Source: the human T2T-CHM13v2.0 reference genome, Homo sapiens
Assembly: GCF_009914755.1 (NCBI RefSeq)
Contig: NC_060936.1
Reading direction: 5' to 3' (one strand)
DNA length: 64,000 nucleotides
Made by a program: the position numbers and the translations under genes. A model generated the notes under the pieces. The model was not told where the DNA came from. It made no database searches and worked only from the letters and a program-made list of their open reading frames with translations. Each line of letters begins with the position of its first letter. Positions within the stretch are counted from its first letter, which is position 1. Shown piece after piece: positions 26,243 to 44,540 of this stretch.

Positions 26243-26543
26243 TGGCTGGGTACAGTGGCTTATGACTATAATCCCAGCACTTTGGGAGGCAGGAGAATTG
26301 CTTGAGCTCAGGAGTTCAAAATCAGCCAGGGCAACCCAGCGGGACCGTGTGTCTACAAAAAATTTTAAAAATTAGCCGGGTGTGGTGGCACATGCCTGTA
26401 GTCTCAGCTACCTGGGACGTTGAAACAGAAAGAGTGCTTGATCCCAGGAGTTTAAAGAAGCAGTGAGACATGATCATGCCACTGCATTCCAGCCTGGGCA
26501 ACAGAATGAGACTTTGTCTTAAAAAATAAGAAAAAGAAAGAAA
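26243..26543 (+). mobile_element. AluJ nested in the L1
   Basis: Forward Alu dimer. Confidence 0.9.
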
Positions 26544-27632
26544 ACTCAAATAACCTACCATTATACTTCAAGTAACTAGAAAAAGAACAACAAACTAAGC
26601 CCAAAATTAGCAGAAGGAAAGAATAAAAATTAGAGCAGAAATAAATAAAAGGGAGAATAGAAAAACAATACAAAAAGGAGTTTTTTGAAAAGATAAAATC
26701 AACAAACTCTTAGCTAGACTAAGAAAAAAGAAGATTCACATAAAATCAGAAAAAATAGATATTACAACTATGAACAACTATACACATGATGTATACTTAA
26801 TAAAATATTGGCAAACAGAATTCAACAGCACACTGAAAGAATCATACACTATGGTCAAATGGCATGCAAGGATGGTTCAACATATACAAATCAATCAATG
26901 GGATGAAAGATAAAACCACATGATCACTTTAGTAAATGTGGAAAAAGCATCTGAAAAAATTCAACATCTATTCATAACAAAAACTCTCAACAAAATAGGT
27001 ATAGAAGAAACTTATGTAAACACAATAAAGACCACATATGAAATGCCCACTGCTAACATAATAAGCAATAGAGAAAAGCCAAAAACACTTTCTCTAAGAT
27101 CCAGAACAAGGCAAGGATGCCCACTCTCACCACTTCCATTCAACCTAGCATTGGAAGTCCTAGCCAGAAGAATTAGAAAGAAAAAGAAATAAAAGGTGTC
27201 CAACAGGAAAGGAAAAAATAAAACTCTCCCTGTTTGCAGATGACATAATCATACACGTAGAAAACCCTACAGGTTCCACAAAAAAGTTTTAAAACTAATA
27301 AACAAATTCAGTAAAGTTGCAGGATACAAAAATTAGTGGTGTTTCTATACATAATGAGCTACTCAAAAAGGAAATTATAAAAACAATCCCAGTTACAATA
27401 GCAAAAAAAAAGAATACTTAGAAATAAACAAAAAGAGGTGAAAGATTTATACACTGAAAATTAATAGTGATGAAGGAAATGAAAGAAGACACAGATAAAT
27501 GGAAAGACATCCCATTTTTGTGGATCAGAAGAATTAATATTGTTAAAATGTCCATCCTATCCAAAAGATCCACAGATTCAAAGCCATCACTATCAAAATC
27601 CCAATGCCATTCCTTAAAAAATTACCAAAAAA

Positions 27633-27944
<312 letters not shown>

Positions 27945-29093
27945 TCATATGAAATCACAAAGACCCAGAATAGCTAAAGAAATCTTGATCAAGAAGAAGA
28001 AAGAACAAAGCTGGAGGTATCACATTTGCTTATTTCAAAATATATTACAAAACAACAGTAATCAAAATGGTATAGCATTGGCATACAGACAGACATATCG
28101 ACCAATGGAACAGAATAGAGAGCCCAGAAATAAGCCCACACATTATGGTCAACTGATCTTCAACCAGTGTGCCAAGAACATACAATGAGGAAAAGATATT
28201 CTCTTCAATAAATGGTGGTGGACAAACTGGATACCCACATGCAGAAGAAAGAAATTTGTCCCTTATCTCACACCATATGCAGAAATCAACTCAAAATGAA
28301 TTAAAGACTTAAATGTAAGAGCTCAAACCATAAAACTACCAGAAGGAAAAGGGAAAAAAAGCTTCTTGACATTGGTCAGGGCAATGACTTTTGGGATATG
28401 ACACCAAAAGCCAAGGCAACAAAAGCAAAAATAGGTAAGACTATATCAATCTAGAAAGATTCTGCACAGCAAAGGAAACAATCAACATAGTGAAATGGCA
28501 ACTGAAAGAATAGAAGAAAATATTTACAAACCATGTATCTAATATGGGGCTAATATACAAAATATATTAAAAACTCAACTCAATAACAAAAATTTAAAAA
28601 ATGAAAACAAACAAAATAACCTAATTAAAAAGTGAGCAAGAGACCTGAACAGGCATTTCTCAAAAGAAGATATACAAATGGCCATCAGGTATATAAAAAA
28701 TGTTCAACATCACTAATCATCAGGGAAACACAAGTCAAAACCTCAATGAGGTATCACTTCATACCTGCCAGAATGGCCATTATCAATAAAACGTAAGTTA
28801 ACTTTTCACTAGGATGCAGGGAAAAAGGGACTCTTTGTACACAGAAAATAAATTGGTACATCTATTATGGAAAGCAGTATGAAGGTTATTCAAAAGATTC
28901 AAAATAGAATTACTGTATGATCCAACAACACCACTTCAGAGTATATATCCAAAGGAAATGAAACCTGTATCTCAAGGAGATATCTGTACTCCCATGCTCA
29001 CTATAGCATTACTCACAATAGCGAAGATATGGAAACAACCTAAATGTCCACTGCAGAGAATGGATAAACTGAGGTGTTTGTGTATATATCTAC

Positions 29094-29120
29094 GTGTGTG
29101 TGTGTGTGTGTGTGTGTGTG
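29094..29120 (+). repeat. (GT)n microsatellite, ~13 units
   Basis: Directly visible. Confidence 0.95.
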
Positions 29121-31906
29121 CATATATACATAAATAGAATATTATTCAGCTTTGAAAAAGAAGGAAATCTTGCCATTTGTGACAACACAGACAATGCTGG
29201 AGGACATTATGCTAAGTGAAATAAGCCAGACATGGAAAGACAAATACTGCATGATCTCTCTTATATGTAGAATTTAAAATAGTTGAACTCATAGATGCAC
29301 AGAATTAGAATAGTGGTTGCTAGAGGTTGGGGAGTGGAGGAAATGGGGAGATATTAGTCAAAGGGTACAAGTTTCAGATATGCAGTATGAATAAGTTCTG
29401 GGGATCTAATATATGCATAGTTAATACTGTATTAAATACTTGAAATTTGCTTAGAGGGGAGATGTTAACTGATCTCACAACACATGCCAAAAAATGGTAA
29501 TGGTGAGGTGATAGAAATGTTAAGTAGCTTGATTGTGGTGATAATTTCACAAAACACCAAGTTGTACAAGAAATATATATTATTGATATTTGTCAATTAC
29601 ATGCCAATAAAGCTAAAAAATAAAAAGATCGTTCCAGGCAACAATACGATTTGTGGTGGGAAGGGAAAAAAATGAGTGACATCACAATGATGGTAAAGAA
29701 AGGAGAGTCTATAGAACCTAAATCACCCTAGTGGGTCTTCCTTTACATATAAGGGCAGTTTGCAAATCAGGGACTCAACCCAAAACTTTCAAAACATCAA
29801 TTGTTTAAAGAATTCTGCCACTAGAAATCTATGCAAATATCATATTAGAAAGGGCCTACTACTCTTTCCAGGCACTATTTCTTCTCTATAACTAAGCTCT
29901 CAAAACATAAAGAAAATCTTACTCCCCACCATACATATTCAAATGCTCCAAAGGTAACTGGAGTCTTGCAGCCATTCTCTCTAAGCATGAAAACCAAGCT
30001 ATGAGAGAATATTGAGAGAATATTGCTTATTCTAGAACGGCAAGCCTGAATACTGGTGTCTCCACTCCCTTTCCTAGCTGATGTTTATATATTGGTGCCA
30101 ATGCTTGCATCTTTTTACTTACCCACCAGAGACTCTATCCAACCTTATGGGCTTTGTATTTGGATTACTGGCTGCCACACTCCAAAAATTTCCTGAATGA
30201 TGAGCCTAACATTGTCCTTAAGAAGCTCTTTTGGATCCATGGTTGTAACCATGTTCCAAACTAACTTCATGGTTCATTACTTCATCTAAAAATGTAAGAA
30301 TTTTCACATCTTTAGCATGTACCCACAATCCTCTCATATGGTAAATAACATAAACCAGTGGTCCCTAAATTTTGAAATTTGTGGACCAGTAAAATTCCAC
30401 CCCCCCGCCCAATATCTATCTGCATTTTCGTCTTAATAAGACACATTCAAAAAAAAAAGAAAACAAACCTGTAACTACTCACATTCTCCATCAATTCATA
30501 AAGGGACATTAAATACCATACATTGGAAAAACTATAATCTTATAATAAAGGACAATGTTTTGAATTGAAGGAACTTAACTTAATAAAAAACTCATGGTAG
30601 TATACTCATTTTTTTCATCTAGTTACAGAACTAGGAAAACACGACAGAAACCAGTAACAGTCCACAAACTATACCTTTGAAAAGAAAGAATAAACATTTA
30701 TTTTAAATATGATATACACAAGTTTATATAACACATGTGTATTATAAATACCTCCCACTCTTCCAGCCAGAGTTCACCATTTTCCCCAATTCTGTTTACT
30801 CATTCCATTGTTTTATCACATATCTATCCCTATTGCCTATAATGCATTGGTAAGTTTTACTTGTTTTTAAACTTTACATAAATGTCTTAACTTTAATTTG
30901 TTTCGTAAATTCTTCCATATTGATTCCTGTAGCTTTAAGGCATTCATTTCATTATTGTATGGTACTCTATTGTATGAATATATTGTAATATTTATTCATT
31001 CCACTCATGACAAACATTTAGGTTTAGGTTTTTTCAGGTGTTTTTCTTCTATTACCAACAATTCTGCTGGTACATGCGTGAGAGTATTCCTAGAAGCATA
31101 AAAACAAAGGATTAGAGTTTATCTTTAACTTTGCTACATAATGTCAAACTATTTTTCAAAAATGGTTCTACCAATTATGCTTCCATCCGTTGTAAATGGG
31201 AATTCATATGGTTTCATATCCTTACTGACACCTGTAATTATCAGACTTGAAAAATTTTTTTGATGTGGTGGGTGGGTATGAAATAGCAATTCATTACTAT
31301 TTGGTGATTAACTACATTTGGTGATTCTTAATGATGTTGAGCATCATTTCACATTTATTGGCCATCCGTGTTACCTCTTCTGTTAGGTATCTATTCATGT
31401 CTTTTGGACATCTTTCTGGTGAACTTTTTGGTCTTTTTGGTTAATCCATAGGAGTACTTAACTTTCTCTGGATATTAATCCTTTGTTAGTTACATGCACT
31501 GCAACGCATCTCTACTCCCACCCTTGCCTGGTTCTGCTTTTCTTCAAGAGTATCTTGACTCTTCTTTGCTCTTTGCTTTCCCTAAAGAGTTAAGAATGGT
31601 CTTATCAAGTACTTTGAAAAAAATCCTGTTGAGATATGGATTCAAAATGCATTGAACCTATAAAATCAATGAGAAGTGATGTCACACTGGAAAAATGTTG
31701 AATTTTCCTATCGTAAACATGGTCTGTTTATTTAGAATACATAATCTTAGTGTTACACTTTCCCCACATAAGATAATTTCATGTCTCTTATTAGATTTAC
31801 TGTTGTGTATCTTATTTTCTGTTATTTTAAGTAGTGTACCTTGAATCACATTTTGCTAACCACTTGTTATAGGCACACAGAACTGCAGTTAACATAAATT
31901 AAGTAA

Positions 31907-32220
<314 letters not shown>

Positions 32221-32237
32221 AGTAACTTCTTAATAAC

Positions 32238-32403
32238 TTTTTTTTTTTTTTTTTGAGGCAGGGTCTCACTCTGTCGCTCACGCTGGAGAGCAGTGGTGCG
32301 ATTACGGCTCACTGCAACATCAACCTTCCTGTACTCAAGCAATTCTCCCACCTTAGCCTCCCAAGTAGCTGAGACTACAGGTGTGTGCCACCATGCCCGG
32401 CTA
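32238..32403 (-). mobile_element. 5'-truncated Alu (right arm), TSD taacttcttaataa
   Basis: Single arm; direct repeats at 32223 and 32402. Confidence 0.85.
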
Positions 32404-33032
32404 ACTTCTTAATAATTTTAATGATTTCTGTGTCAATTAGGGGGTCTGTATAGAACAGTTATCAGTTTGTTTCTTCCTTTACTTTTTATTCACTGGCAAA
32501 ATTTGAAATATTTGAGATGAAGTGTAAATAGTCCACGTCTTTTTCTCCTTCTAGATTCTAACTTCACATGGTTAGGAAAGATCAAGTCTATTCCTAGTTT
32601 GCTAAGAGTTTTTATCGTGAGTAGATGTTAAAATTTTCAAATATGTTTTCTTTATTAGTAGGATGATAACAGTTTTCCTTCTTTGTTAAAGTGTTAAGTG
32701 GAAATCATAGATTTTCTAATATCAAACCCATCCTTGCACTCCTGGAACAACCCTGATGTGAGTACAATGTTTACCTTGCTAGATTCAGTTTGCTAATAAT
32801 TTTTGAACTTCTGCGTCTAGGTTCATGAACAAGAAATGTCTTATAATTTTTTTCTCTTGCAATGTCCTTGCCTGCTTCTCATATAAAAGCCTGATTTAAG
32901 GAATGTTTCTTTTTTCATTTTATCAGTTCTAAGATTTCACCAACTACAGGCTATATTCCTGACTTCAGAGAGCTCATAAAATACAGGGGGAGGTGGAGAG
33001 ATTGATGGCAATTATAAGATATAGAGCACACA

Positions 33033-33348
<316 letters not shown>

Positions 33349-35639
33349 TCAGAATGATTTTAAAAAACTGTTTAACAATGACAATGACCAAGAGAGATTG
33401 TAAAACACCATCAATTTAAGATTCAACTCAATTTCAGAGATGACAGAATATGTATGTGCTTGGGGGGAGAGTGTTTTTATAATCAATGAAATGCAGTACT
33501 AATGTGAAATTACCTTTTTTTTTCCCTAAAGGCTTGGTAGGATTTGTTTGTAAACCTGAGTTTCATGTTTTCTTTGTAAAAGTAATCTGTATTACTAATT
33601 AGGTTACTTTAAAGATTATAAAAATCACTAGTATTTTCTAATTATGGAGTCAGTTTTGGGAAATCACCTTTCCAGAAATCTGTTCATTTCATTAAGTTTT
33701 TGAAATTTATTGGCTTACAGTTGTTTATAATATCTTTTAAACATCTACTTGTATTTTTAGTTGTGTCCCCTTTCATTCCTAATGTTTCTTTTTCCCCTTA
33801 AGCTTGCCAAAGGTTTGACAATTTTATTAGCCTTTACAAACAACCATCATCTTTCCTGATCTCAACCGTGTCTTGCCTTCTATTTAATTAACTTATTATC
33901 TTTATTATTATTTCCTTCCCTGTTTACTTTGGGTTTACTCTATTATTCTTTTTCTAGTTCATTACTTCTGAGCCTTTCTTCTTGCCAAATATCAGCATTA
34001 AGGCTATTATTTTTTAGATTTCCTGCTTGGGAATTGTGGGGCCTCCTTAATCAGACAGTTGTTGTCTTTCAAGAATTCTGAAAGATCCTCAGCTTTATCT
34101 CTTTTAAAAATGACTCTCACCCATTAAATTTCATTCTGCAACTGATAGTTCCAACTGATGCAGACTTTATACAGCTGCACAGTAGGTACCTCATGTGGAT
34201 TCTCTCTGAAAATGGTTCGTTATCCCACGTATTGATGATTTTTTTTTCACATCCCCGCCAGCATCTGGTGGTGACGGTATTTTAGATTTTAAGCTACTCT
34301 TTCTTACAGGTGCACAATGGCATCTCATTTTAATTTTTTATTGATTTTAAATTATGAGCTCATATACACTTCTTTGAAGTCTGTGTTTAAAATACTCTTC
34401 TCTAAAGAAGATTTGTGTCAGTTCTTCCAGGCACTTGTGTATACTAATAACCCAAACTGTTTTAAACTAAACTGAAGGGTGTTTCTGCCACAGAGATAAT
34501 ATGGATTTTGACCCCAAACTCATATAAATATGTGCTTGTGTTTAGAATTTCTCAAGGAAGACTCTCTCCTCCCATCATTTCACCTAGAATCAAGACCAAA
34601 ACAGGCAAATATAGTCTTCCTCTGTGGGTATGTTATCCAGTTCATTAACTAAGTACGTTACCCTTCAGGACCTCTAATTTTATGAGGAGAATCTTCAATC
34701 CAAATTTCCATCATGAATGGGCCACAGTCTTTTACTCCTTTCTCTTGCTAAAACTCAAGCTTTAGACCTTCAGAAATTAGCAGATGCTGGCTCCAGAGCT
34801 CATCACCTCTAGAGTCCCACTTTCTCAATAATTCTGCCCCTCCTGTTAATTCCCTTATTTTACTGACAATTCACATTGTAAATTTCTAAGACATTTTACT
34901 TCATATTTTGATGTTCTTACTAGAAGGATTTTCTCTGAACATCTACTTTGCTACGTTACTGGAACTGAAAGTTCACTTACATTAAGCTTTCATATTTCCT
35001 TATAATGTTTCCCTACTTCTTTCCCCTATATTTCCCAATTACAAATTAAACTCATGTGGGCAGGAGCTGCGAAAATCATCTTTGCACTTGCTTTCTACTA
35101 CAGGACTATTTACAAGCAGGCTAAATGAAAGTCAGCTTGAAAGAGGAGACTCGGAAAATACTGAATTCCCCAGGGGATATTGGGCCATCTGTCAAAAACA
35201 ACCTTCCTTTACCTGGAAAGAGATCAACTTGCTAAGATTTCATTGTTTCATTCTTAAATAAAATTTATGTATGTTCAAAGTTACAACAACCAAAAAAAAG
35301 AAAAAATTCTATGAAGCTGTTTACTTTCTCTCAAAAATTATACAAATATTACTTAACAATTCTACTGATATTACTTGGCTACATATTTATTAAAAATACA
35401 GAAAGTCCTCTCTAGGCCTCAGGTAAGAAAAACAAAATTGTAGTAGTCAACTCTACAGATAAAACTTTTACCACTCTTGCTAAAAAGGAGATTTCAATCT
35501 GTCCGACTTGCAAAACATAGAAGGCTAAATCCCAACAGAAAAGAGCTAAGAAACGAGTACAGGTAATAGTTGATCATTTTTTAATGTTATATTAAGTTAA
35601 AAAATATATAAAAGAACATTTTTTCAAGGAAAAAATACT

Positions 35640-36037
35640 CCTTATTTGTGACATCTTAAAATCAAAACGATTGAACCCATGGAGATACAGAGTAGAAGGA
35701 TGGTTACTGGAGGCTGGGAAGAGTAGTGAGAGGGTGGGGTGGGGAAAGCTGGGGACAATTAATAGGTACAAAAAAATAGCATGAATGAATACAGCCTAGT
35801 ATTTGATAGCATAACAGGGTGACTATATTCAATAATAATTTAATTGTACATTTTAAAGTAACTAAAACAGTATAATTGATTGTCTGTAACACAAAGGATA
35901 AATGCTCGAGGAAATACATAACATATTTTCCATGATGTGATTATTAGGCATTGCATGCTCGTATAAAAACATCTAATGTACTCCATAAATATTTATACCT
36001 ACTGTGTACCCACAAAAATTAAAAATTATAAAAAAAA
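35640..36037 (+). mobile_element. L1MA2/3-like 3' end
   Basis: gagtagaaggatggttac...acacaaaggataaatgct...tgtacccacaaaaattaaaa. Confidence 0.85.
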
Positions 36038-37425
36038 TTCTTTGGTGTTCTTAATGTTCACCTTTCTGCTTTGTTAAAGAAACAATTAATAAGGCCGGGC
36101 AAGAATAAGACAGCTGCCCCCTATCTTTGTAAAGATGCTTAAAGCTGAATTATTCATTCTTACTTTTCAATAAATGCTTTCAAAGTATTTCAGTTTCTCC
36201 TGTAGGAATATAGGGACAGTTGAACAAAGATACCATAACATTTTATAAGAGATTTAAAAAACGATTTCATTTTTATATCCTGAATTTGCCAAATATTATA
36301 TTCTCTTTCATTATTCAATAGGTATTTTCATAGTTCTATGAAGCAACTACCCAAAGACAAGGAACTTCAAAACAGAAAACAACCTATTTTTAAACATAAC
36401 TTGAAATCTAAATTACAGATATTTAATGCATTAAGGATTTTAAAACTCAGAAGAAAATTAGCATAATCTGTAATTATACTATTTCTAAAGAAAACAACCT
36501 CTGGCTACAAACCAAAGCACAGCATTTTGGGGAGAAATTAAAGATAATGGAGGGGTGGGTCTAACTACAAGCCCTCTTTCAGGTAAAACAATTTTCCAAA
36601 ATATAACATATTCAAGAACACATTTGTTATATGTGTACAGTCCCACATATGTTCATAATTGATACTAGAAATGTCTTAACAAGACAGGAGGAACTGCTTC
36701 AATTCATGGAGGAAAATGATTTCTAGGTCTTTCTTATCTGTGAACCACTTAAATGAAGGTACTCCATGTTAGTCACCTGAGATTATACCAGTAATGTGTA
36801 ACGCTGTCACCCTGGGGAATCTGGTACAGTATCTTCACATCAGTAAATTGTATGAAAGAAAATCTCCTTTGAAGTTTTCTATGAAGTAGTGGATATTGAC
36901 TTATCATATTTTTAGTGCTGCTAGAGCATTTAAAGTGAAGGGACTTTGCAGGTTTAAGAGAACGTACTAAGGGATAAGAGACACAAAACTAAAAACAGAT
37001 ATTTTAATTTGAGCCTAGCTAAACCAAGCATAGTCTGTTAATTTTGATAAAACTGATTAAGCAGGTTAAAGTTTTTGTTTTAAAAGTTTTAAAATTTTAA
37101 ACATTTAAAAACTAGTTTGAAATGGACTCATTTGTAAGTTTTAGTAAAGCAATATTATATATTCTCTCACAAAGCACTATAATTGAAAGATGGTTTTTTA
37201 AAAATAAAAACATACAAAATAGCTTTTTACAACCAAGAATGAGAGTAGCTACAAGGTAAGTTATAGTATTTCATGAAGCTTTGATAATAATCTCAAACAG
37301 GACACAGAAGAATGTGTGTCATGTTTGCCTATTTGCCCATGAGATGAGCTATAATTTAGGCTCCAGGCTCCTTTGGCATTGTCCTTAGTTAAAAGCAGAG
37401 GAGGAAAGGGTGAACGCGAGCCTAA

Positions 37426-37770
<345 letters not shown>

Positions 37771-38604
37771 TGAAATATGTTCGGCTCAAATAAATCAAAA
37801 CAAATACCATCCTCTTTAAGAGACTATAATTTTACTTAAGGTAAAATTATTTTAAAGTAAACTGATACTAAGCCTTTGAATAAGGAACACAATCTGGAAA
37901 ATACATAATTTCTTGAATAATCTAATTCACCAAAATCTAAACATATAACAAACAAAAATGTATTTTGATGTGTGTGGGGTAAGGAGAGTCAGTCTCCCCA
38001 GCTCTTAAAAAAAATCCTAAAACAATAGAACAAAACCAGAGTGCAAAAAACTTTAGAACAGCTTTTAAAGAATGATGAGCTACATTAAGTTGGTATGAGT
38101 CAATATACATAACAGAGATTCAGCCAGAAACATGAATGAGAATAGATGAAATTCTTAAATTGATGGTAAGCAATCATTCATTTATTATGAATGTAATTTA
38201 AGGCATTTAACTCTCTTTACAACACTGCTTGAAGAAATCAAACATACCTATTATAATAACAATATAAAGCAGCATATTGTGAAATCCCCAAAGCAGTGAT
38301 ATAAGAATTTTGAAAACTGAGATAACAGTATCACCTAAGAAAGCCTTACAAAAGAGAACAGATTTAAACTACACCTTCTAGAATGAGAAGTATTTGGATA
38401 AGCAAGTAGAAAGGAGAAGCATATTCCACTATAGAAGACCAGCACAAATAAAAGTACAGTCTCACTGGGAAACAGTGAAGAAAGCTATCTAGCTGGGTCC
38501 ACGATGATGAGAAACACAAGATGAAACTGGAAGAGTACAGTAAAATCAGACATACTAAGAACCTTGACTACCAAAGATATGGAAGCCTAAATTTATGCTC
38601 TCAA

Positions 38605-38780
38605 TTGCTGGTTTCCACTTGCTGGTCCAGAAGTTGCTACATCAGACACACTTGGAGAGCTTTATAAACACATTATGTTACTGAGCCTCACCCTTAGAGA
38701 TTCTGAAAGAGTGGAGTGAAATCTATATCTAAGCAAAGCTTCCAGGTGACTCAGATATAGCCAGATGTAGGTGCTACTGC
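38605..38780. mobile_element. MER5A-like element within L2 remnants
   Basis: ctgagcctcacccttagagattctga...ttccaggtgactcagat. Confidence 0.65.
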
Positions 38781-39184
38781 TCTAAGCAACAGTAAGCCAC
38801 TGCCTTTTTGAGAATGAGAGGGACATAAATGTAGCCATCTCATTAGTTTTTTTATAGTTAAAAGCTTTAATAATAAAAAGTGGTACTTTCACTTAAAATT
38901 TTATATTTCTCTTTTATTCATATTATTTCCCTCAGAGATCTACTTCATAGGATCCATGTGTTCTCTGGTAATACACACCTATAAGAACCCTGAACCCATC
39001 ATAATCTCACCAAAGTATGTAAAAAATAATTTTCTGTTTGGTTGTTTTGTTAAGAAAGATGAACTGGTATGTTGGAGGGCAAGGTTCTAATAGCAGTTAG
39101 GAGGCTGTGGTACTACTCAGTAATGCAGGCATAAAATGATAGAGATCTAACCAAGATGGTAAAAGTAAGAATAAAAATCAAGAG

Positions 39185-39835
39185 ATAAATCAGAGCCTTG
39201 ACACTTTATAACTTCTAAAAGAAAACACAGAAAGTATCCTTTGCAACTTTAGAGTAGGCAAAACTTTCTTTAATAGGAAAAAAGTTTGAATCATAGGAAA
39301 AACTGATAAATTGGGCATCAATGAAATTAAAAACATCTGCTCTTAGAAAGAAAGCATTAAGAAAATAAGAAAGCATGCCAAGACTGGAAGAAAGTACTCT
39401 CAATACACATGGCTATCAAAATGATATTAAAATGTATTAAAGAACCTTTAAAACATAATAATACAAACAAGACAATTTTCAAATGGGCAAACATATGAAA
39501 TGATACTTTGCAAAAAGAAGATGTAAAAGATGGCCAATGAGCATATGAGATGCTCAAACATCATCAGTAATGAGGGAAATGTAAACTGAAACCACAATAT
39601 ACCACTAAACACCTACTGGAATGACTAAAATAAAAAAGATCAAGGATGTAGAGCCACTGGACAGCTCACACACTGCCTAAGAGGAATGTAAGAACGGTCC
39701 AACTACTTTGGAAAATGGCTTGGCCATTTCTTATAAAGTGAAACAAACACTCACCACATGATTCAGCAATTGCACTCCTAGGTACTACCCCCCAAAAAAT
39801 ATATCTCCAAAGCATTGTATACATAATGGAATTCT
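39185..39835 (+). mobile_element. Old L1M ORF2 3' fragment
   Basis: aaatgggcaaacatatgaa...gcaattgcactcctagg. Confidence 0.8.
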
Positions 39836-39889
39836 ATCAAAATACTCGACTCAAAGTTTGAAAAATTTGAACCTCCAAAAATATGACAA

Positions 39890-40075
39890 AATTGACTGGA
39901 ACTTAAAAAGTCTGAGTTTAAGTTCAAATTTTAGCTCTACTACATACTATGTAGACTTGTAAACCTTACCAACTGCTCAGTTTCCTCATTTGTAAAATGG
40001 GGGGAATAATGATTTATATACCATAAAGTCCTCGTAAGAATTCCATGAGCTAAGGCATATAAAAGCTCTCAGAGA
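39890..40075 (+). mobile_element. MIR
   Basis: ctcagtttcctcatttgtaaaatggggg. Confidence 0.8.
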
Positions 40076-40764
40076 CATGAGGACCTTTAAATGTTATGCA
40101 CTATATTATCAATAAGCTTTTGGAACTCTAATTCTTTCCATTCAGAAGCTAAAATGCTGATCATGAGTACTTGAGATAAGGCAGATACATCAGAGGTTTT
40201 CTGGACATTGGTTTATCTCCTCCAGCAGTTAATCTTCACCATGACCAAAAGCTAACAGATAATCTTATTTCAAACAAACCTCCTACACATGAAAACTGTG
40301 ATATGGAATTTCAGTGGATAAACCAGAGGAAGGTATTTTGCTTTACAAAAAGCCAATGACTTTTAAAGAAGTACATCTACTATGTAATTTACTCTAAAAA
40401 TATTAATTTATTCATAAACTTACCTAGGAACATTTAAGTGCAAATAAAGATATGACTAACACCGTGGCTGCTTTAAATTAGAGGGTTATATATGGGCCAT
40501 CCATACTAAAAGAAGTTCTAAATGAGCCTCTAAAAGATACTGAAGTATAGCAAAGCCTAAAATGTCAGCCTTCAACCCAAATGGAATCATTTTTTATTTA
40601 AAATACTGATGACAGTAATGATAATAATATTATTATATCAGCGATCATGTGTGGTTATCATCTACCAGGTGCTAGGCTTTATATACATATTAATTCATTT
40701 TAAACCTTAATAAAATCCTATGTGCTAAATACTATTATCTTCACTTTACCAATGACTGAAACAC

Positions 40765-42240
<1,476 letters not shown>

Positions 42241-42666
42241 AACAAGTGTAGTTTTAATTATTAGTAACTAACCCTTTTGTTGGTTCATTAACTCCTAAGT
42301 TAAAGAATTCCTCTAAATATTCTAGTGCACAGATACATGCATCAGAGAAACCATATCTATTATAGCCAAAATTCTGATGCACAGTGCAAAAAAAAACCAG
42401 GTCAGTTGCATTGTTTCAGAATTTTATCTTAATGAAGCTTATTTATACCAGAGTGTGTATCATATATCGTTTTTCAGGTCTTCCAAAAAGCATTTTGGCA
42501 ACAAAAATGCTAACTTTTCAAAAATACAATCGACAACTAAGCAATATATGTTATAGTAATTATTTTCATCTTGTTACATAAATTTTTATAGTTCCTACCA
42601 TGCTATATGAAAGTGTTTCCATCTAATATATGACTAGATAAACATTTTCTATTGAAATAAAGTAGA

Positions 42667-42990
<324 letters not shown>

Positions 42991-43299
42991 TTACAAGGTA
43001 GTACTCATTTGAAAAGTTACTAAAGCCAAATTTCAAAAGATAATTCATAAAGTTACAACATCAAAACTGACTAATTACAAAGTATGACAGAACTCTAAAT
43101 TTAATTTTTAAAAATACTCAATAACCTAAGTATACATTAACTTTCAAAACACCAAATTTCATTTCTCAGTTTTAAAAGCAGAAGTCCTTCCACCACAGCT
43201 ATGAGTAGTACCACAGGAGATTTCCGTACATTTGATTAAATAAACTTCAGCTGAGGAGCAGAATCCATTATACAAAACTTATCAATTATGAATTAGAAA

Positions 43300-44540
43300 C
43301 TGTGATCCCTGAACTTCTGGGAGTACCCAAAGACCCTTCTAGAGGATCTGCAAGGTGAAAACTAGTTTCATAATACTTTTTCATTATGTTGCCATTTTCA
43401 TTGATGGCACAAAAGCAATCTTGGGTAAAACTGCTGGCAACTTAGCATAAATCAAGGCAGAGGCACCAAACTGGAGTAGTAGGCACTGAATTCTTCAGTC
43501 ATGCACTCACAGAAGAATGACAGTTTCACTTACAGATGTCCTTGATGAAGAAGTAAAAATTATTGCTCTTGAACCTTTAGTACGTAAGATTTTAATATTC
43601 TGTGCAACAGAATGAGAAGCGTACATAAAGCCCTTCTCTGTACTATATTTTTTAATGTGTCAACACTTGGAAGATCTGCATAATTCAGTGAGCAAATATT
43701 TTCCAAATGACTAATGCATGATGTTACAAAATCATGCATGAGTAAAGAGCCATTCAAAATTCAAGAGTGAATTTTAACAGAGTATGAAAAGTGTACTGAC
43801 AGCGTTTCAGATTCCAGATTGCAATTAACATAAAGAAAATTACTACTAGTCAAGTTTTGGCATATTATCAAAGAATATCTATAATTATGTATAAACCCCC
43901 CCCATATATATATATGCATGAGACCAGATTTTATTCATATACTTCAATCGGATCATCACATCACAACAGACTGCAGAAGCAGATACAAAAATGCAGGTGT
44001 CTTTTAAGCTAGACATTAAAGTGATTTGCAAAAACCGCCAAAAAGCAGTTCTTAATCATGGATGGTTTTGTCCCTCAAGGGATACTTGGCAACATCTGGA
44101 AACATTTCTGGTTGTCACAACTGGGGTAACTGCTATTGACATTTTCTGGGTAGAGGCCAGGGATACTGCTAAACATCATATAATGCATAGGACAGCCCTC
44201 CACAACAAAGAACTTTCCAGGCCAAAACAGTGCCAAGGTTGAGAAGTCCTGAAAATAGTTCGAAGGTTGAGAAGTCCTGGGATAAACCATTACCAACCTT
44301 CTCAATCAACTTTTTGGGGAGTAGAGGGAAAGAAAACACTGTAGTTCTTAATAAAAATGTTACTTACATTAACATGTAATGGGTTTATTACTTTAAATGA
44401 ATTAAATTTTTAAATTTCTAGTTTTAATTTATAATATAATAAAATAGATATAACTCACATAAACAAAAGCACTTCACAGTCTTCAATAATTTTTAAGACT
44501 ACAAAGGAACCATGAGACCACAAAGTGTGAGAATCGCCAA
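43300..44540 (+). mobile_element. hAT-Charlie DNA transposon remnant (Charlie2-like)
   Basis: gggtaaaactgctggc...aatcaaggcagaggcaccaaact; terminal gagaccacaaagtgtgagaatcgc. Confidence 0.7.
44045..44250 (+). mobile_element. MER20 nested in the Charlie element
   Basis: ttggcaacatctggaaacatttctggttgtcacaactgggg...gtagaggccagggatactgctaaacatc. Confidence 0.88.
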
